A stretch of 64,000 nucleotides of DNA from Candidatus Eiseniibacteriota bacterium (GTDB taxonomy: Bacteria > Eisenbacteria > RBG-16-71-46 > CAIMUX01 > WJJG01). The stretch lies in contig JAGMBO010000032.1 in NCBI GenBank assembly GCA_023129715.1, positions 22,057 through 86,056 of the forward strand, written 5' to 3'. This document shows positions 63,500 to 64,000 of this stretch, one piece after another. The notes under the pieces were generated by a model. That model was not told the origin of the DNA. It ran no database searches and worked only from the letters and a program-made list of their open reading frames with translations. The first letter of the stretch is position 1. Each line of letters begins with the position of its first letter. The position numbers and the translations under genes were made by a program.

Positions 63500-64000
63500 A
63501 TGGACGCGATGGAACAGCGTGGCGGTCAGGCCTCCCGGCCCGGCGAGGCGGAACTCGAACAGGCTGCCTGGGAGGCGCTCGCCCGGGCGCACGCCCCCTA
63601 CTCGCGCTTCTCGGTCGGCGCTGCCCTGGAGACCGCCGAAGGGGAGCTTGTCTCGGGCTGCAATGTCGAGAACGCCTCTCTCGGGCTCGGCATCTGCGCC
63701 GAACGCGTGGCGATCTTCGCCGCCCTGGCCCGGGGCCTGACCCCCGGCGGTCGCTTGGTCGTCGTTACGCGCACGTCCAATCCGACGCCGCCCTGCGGTG
63801 CCTGCCGTCAGGTTCTGCGCGAGATCACCCCGCAGATCGAGGTGATCTCGGTTTCCGCAGCAGGCGCCCGGCGCCGCTGGCAGGTTGCGGCCTTGTTGCC
63901 CGGTGTTTCGGCGGGCCGCGCCGACGACGCGCTCGAACCCCGGCGCCTGATCGCCAAGAAACGCGATGGCGAGCGACTGAGCGGTGCCGAGATCGAGGGC
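63500..64000 (+). CDS. cdd: Cytidine deaminase, continuing in frame with no stop into a pyrimidine-nucleoside-phosphorylase-like N-terminus (3'-partial at window end).
   Basis: CAERVAIFAA...PCGACRQVL zinc motifs. Then ...RRLIAKKRDGERLSGAEIEG, resembling thymidine/pyrimidine-nucleoside phosphorylase N-termini. Absent from the ORF track because it has no stop within the window. Confidence 0.6.
   Translation, partial: MDAMEQRGGQASRPGEAELEQAAWEALARAHAPYSRFSVGAALETAEGELVSGCNVENASLGLGICAERVAIFAALARGLTPGGRLVVVTRTSNPTPPCGACRQVLREITPQIEVISVSAAGARRRWQVAALLPGVSAGRADDALEPRRLIAKKRDGERLSGAEIEG

Overview
High-GC (about 65%) bacterial chromosomal segment, most likely from an uncultivated anaerobe of the FCB-like lineages that carry T9SS-type C-terminal sorting domains. 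The window shows no rRNA genes or CRISPR arrays, one tRNA and one degraded IS element.

Contents in order along the window:
- A giant, probably 5'-partial secreted protein with two parallel beta-helix domains, about 12 copies of a six-cysteine module of about 37 aa, and a T9SS/FlgD-Ig-like C-terminal domain (CTD).
- A degraded IS3-family transposase and a small lower-GC zinc-ribbon gene.
- A di-myo-inositol-phosphate (DIP) compatible-solute locus: an IMPase-family phosphatase and a bifunctional IPCT/DIPPS.
- A gingipain-like C25 peptidase, a BNR-repeat protein, an S8 subtilase and a large FN3-repeat protein, all with the same CTD.
- A 16-kb minus-strand gene train: aminotransferase, secreted protein, two GNAT acetyltransferases, a four-subunit 2-oxoacid:ferredoxin oxidoreductase (korDABG), a tandem-domain HdrA, an MvhD-HdrCB fusion, an HdrA-MvhD fusion, a small zinc-ribbon ORF, then HdrC and HdrB. 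Both HdrA paralogs carry an in-frame TGA at the conserved active-site cysteine (candidate selenocysteine) followed by an identical hairpin.
- An FKBP/thioredoxin-like fusion, a four-gene membrane module of unknown function, a DAACS symporter, and a GlgC/GlgD-like pair.
- A TolB-like FN3 lipoprotein, AgcS and MntP transporters, a DEAD-box helicase, tRNA-Trp, a GT39-like glycosyltransferase and DapD.
- A Lon-like protease with a histone-H1-like N-terminal tail, RluA-family pseudouridine synthase, RsgA, a 3D-domain protein, agmatinase with two XRE-cupin regulators, MazG, and a cytidine deaminase running off the window end.

Coordinates come from the supplied ORF track plus my own start-codon and RBS reading. 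The printed sequence appears to shift by 1 nt somewhere between 53.6 and 57.4 kb, so coordinates I derived myself there carry about ±1-2 nt uncertainty.
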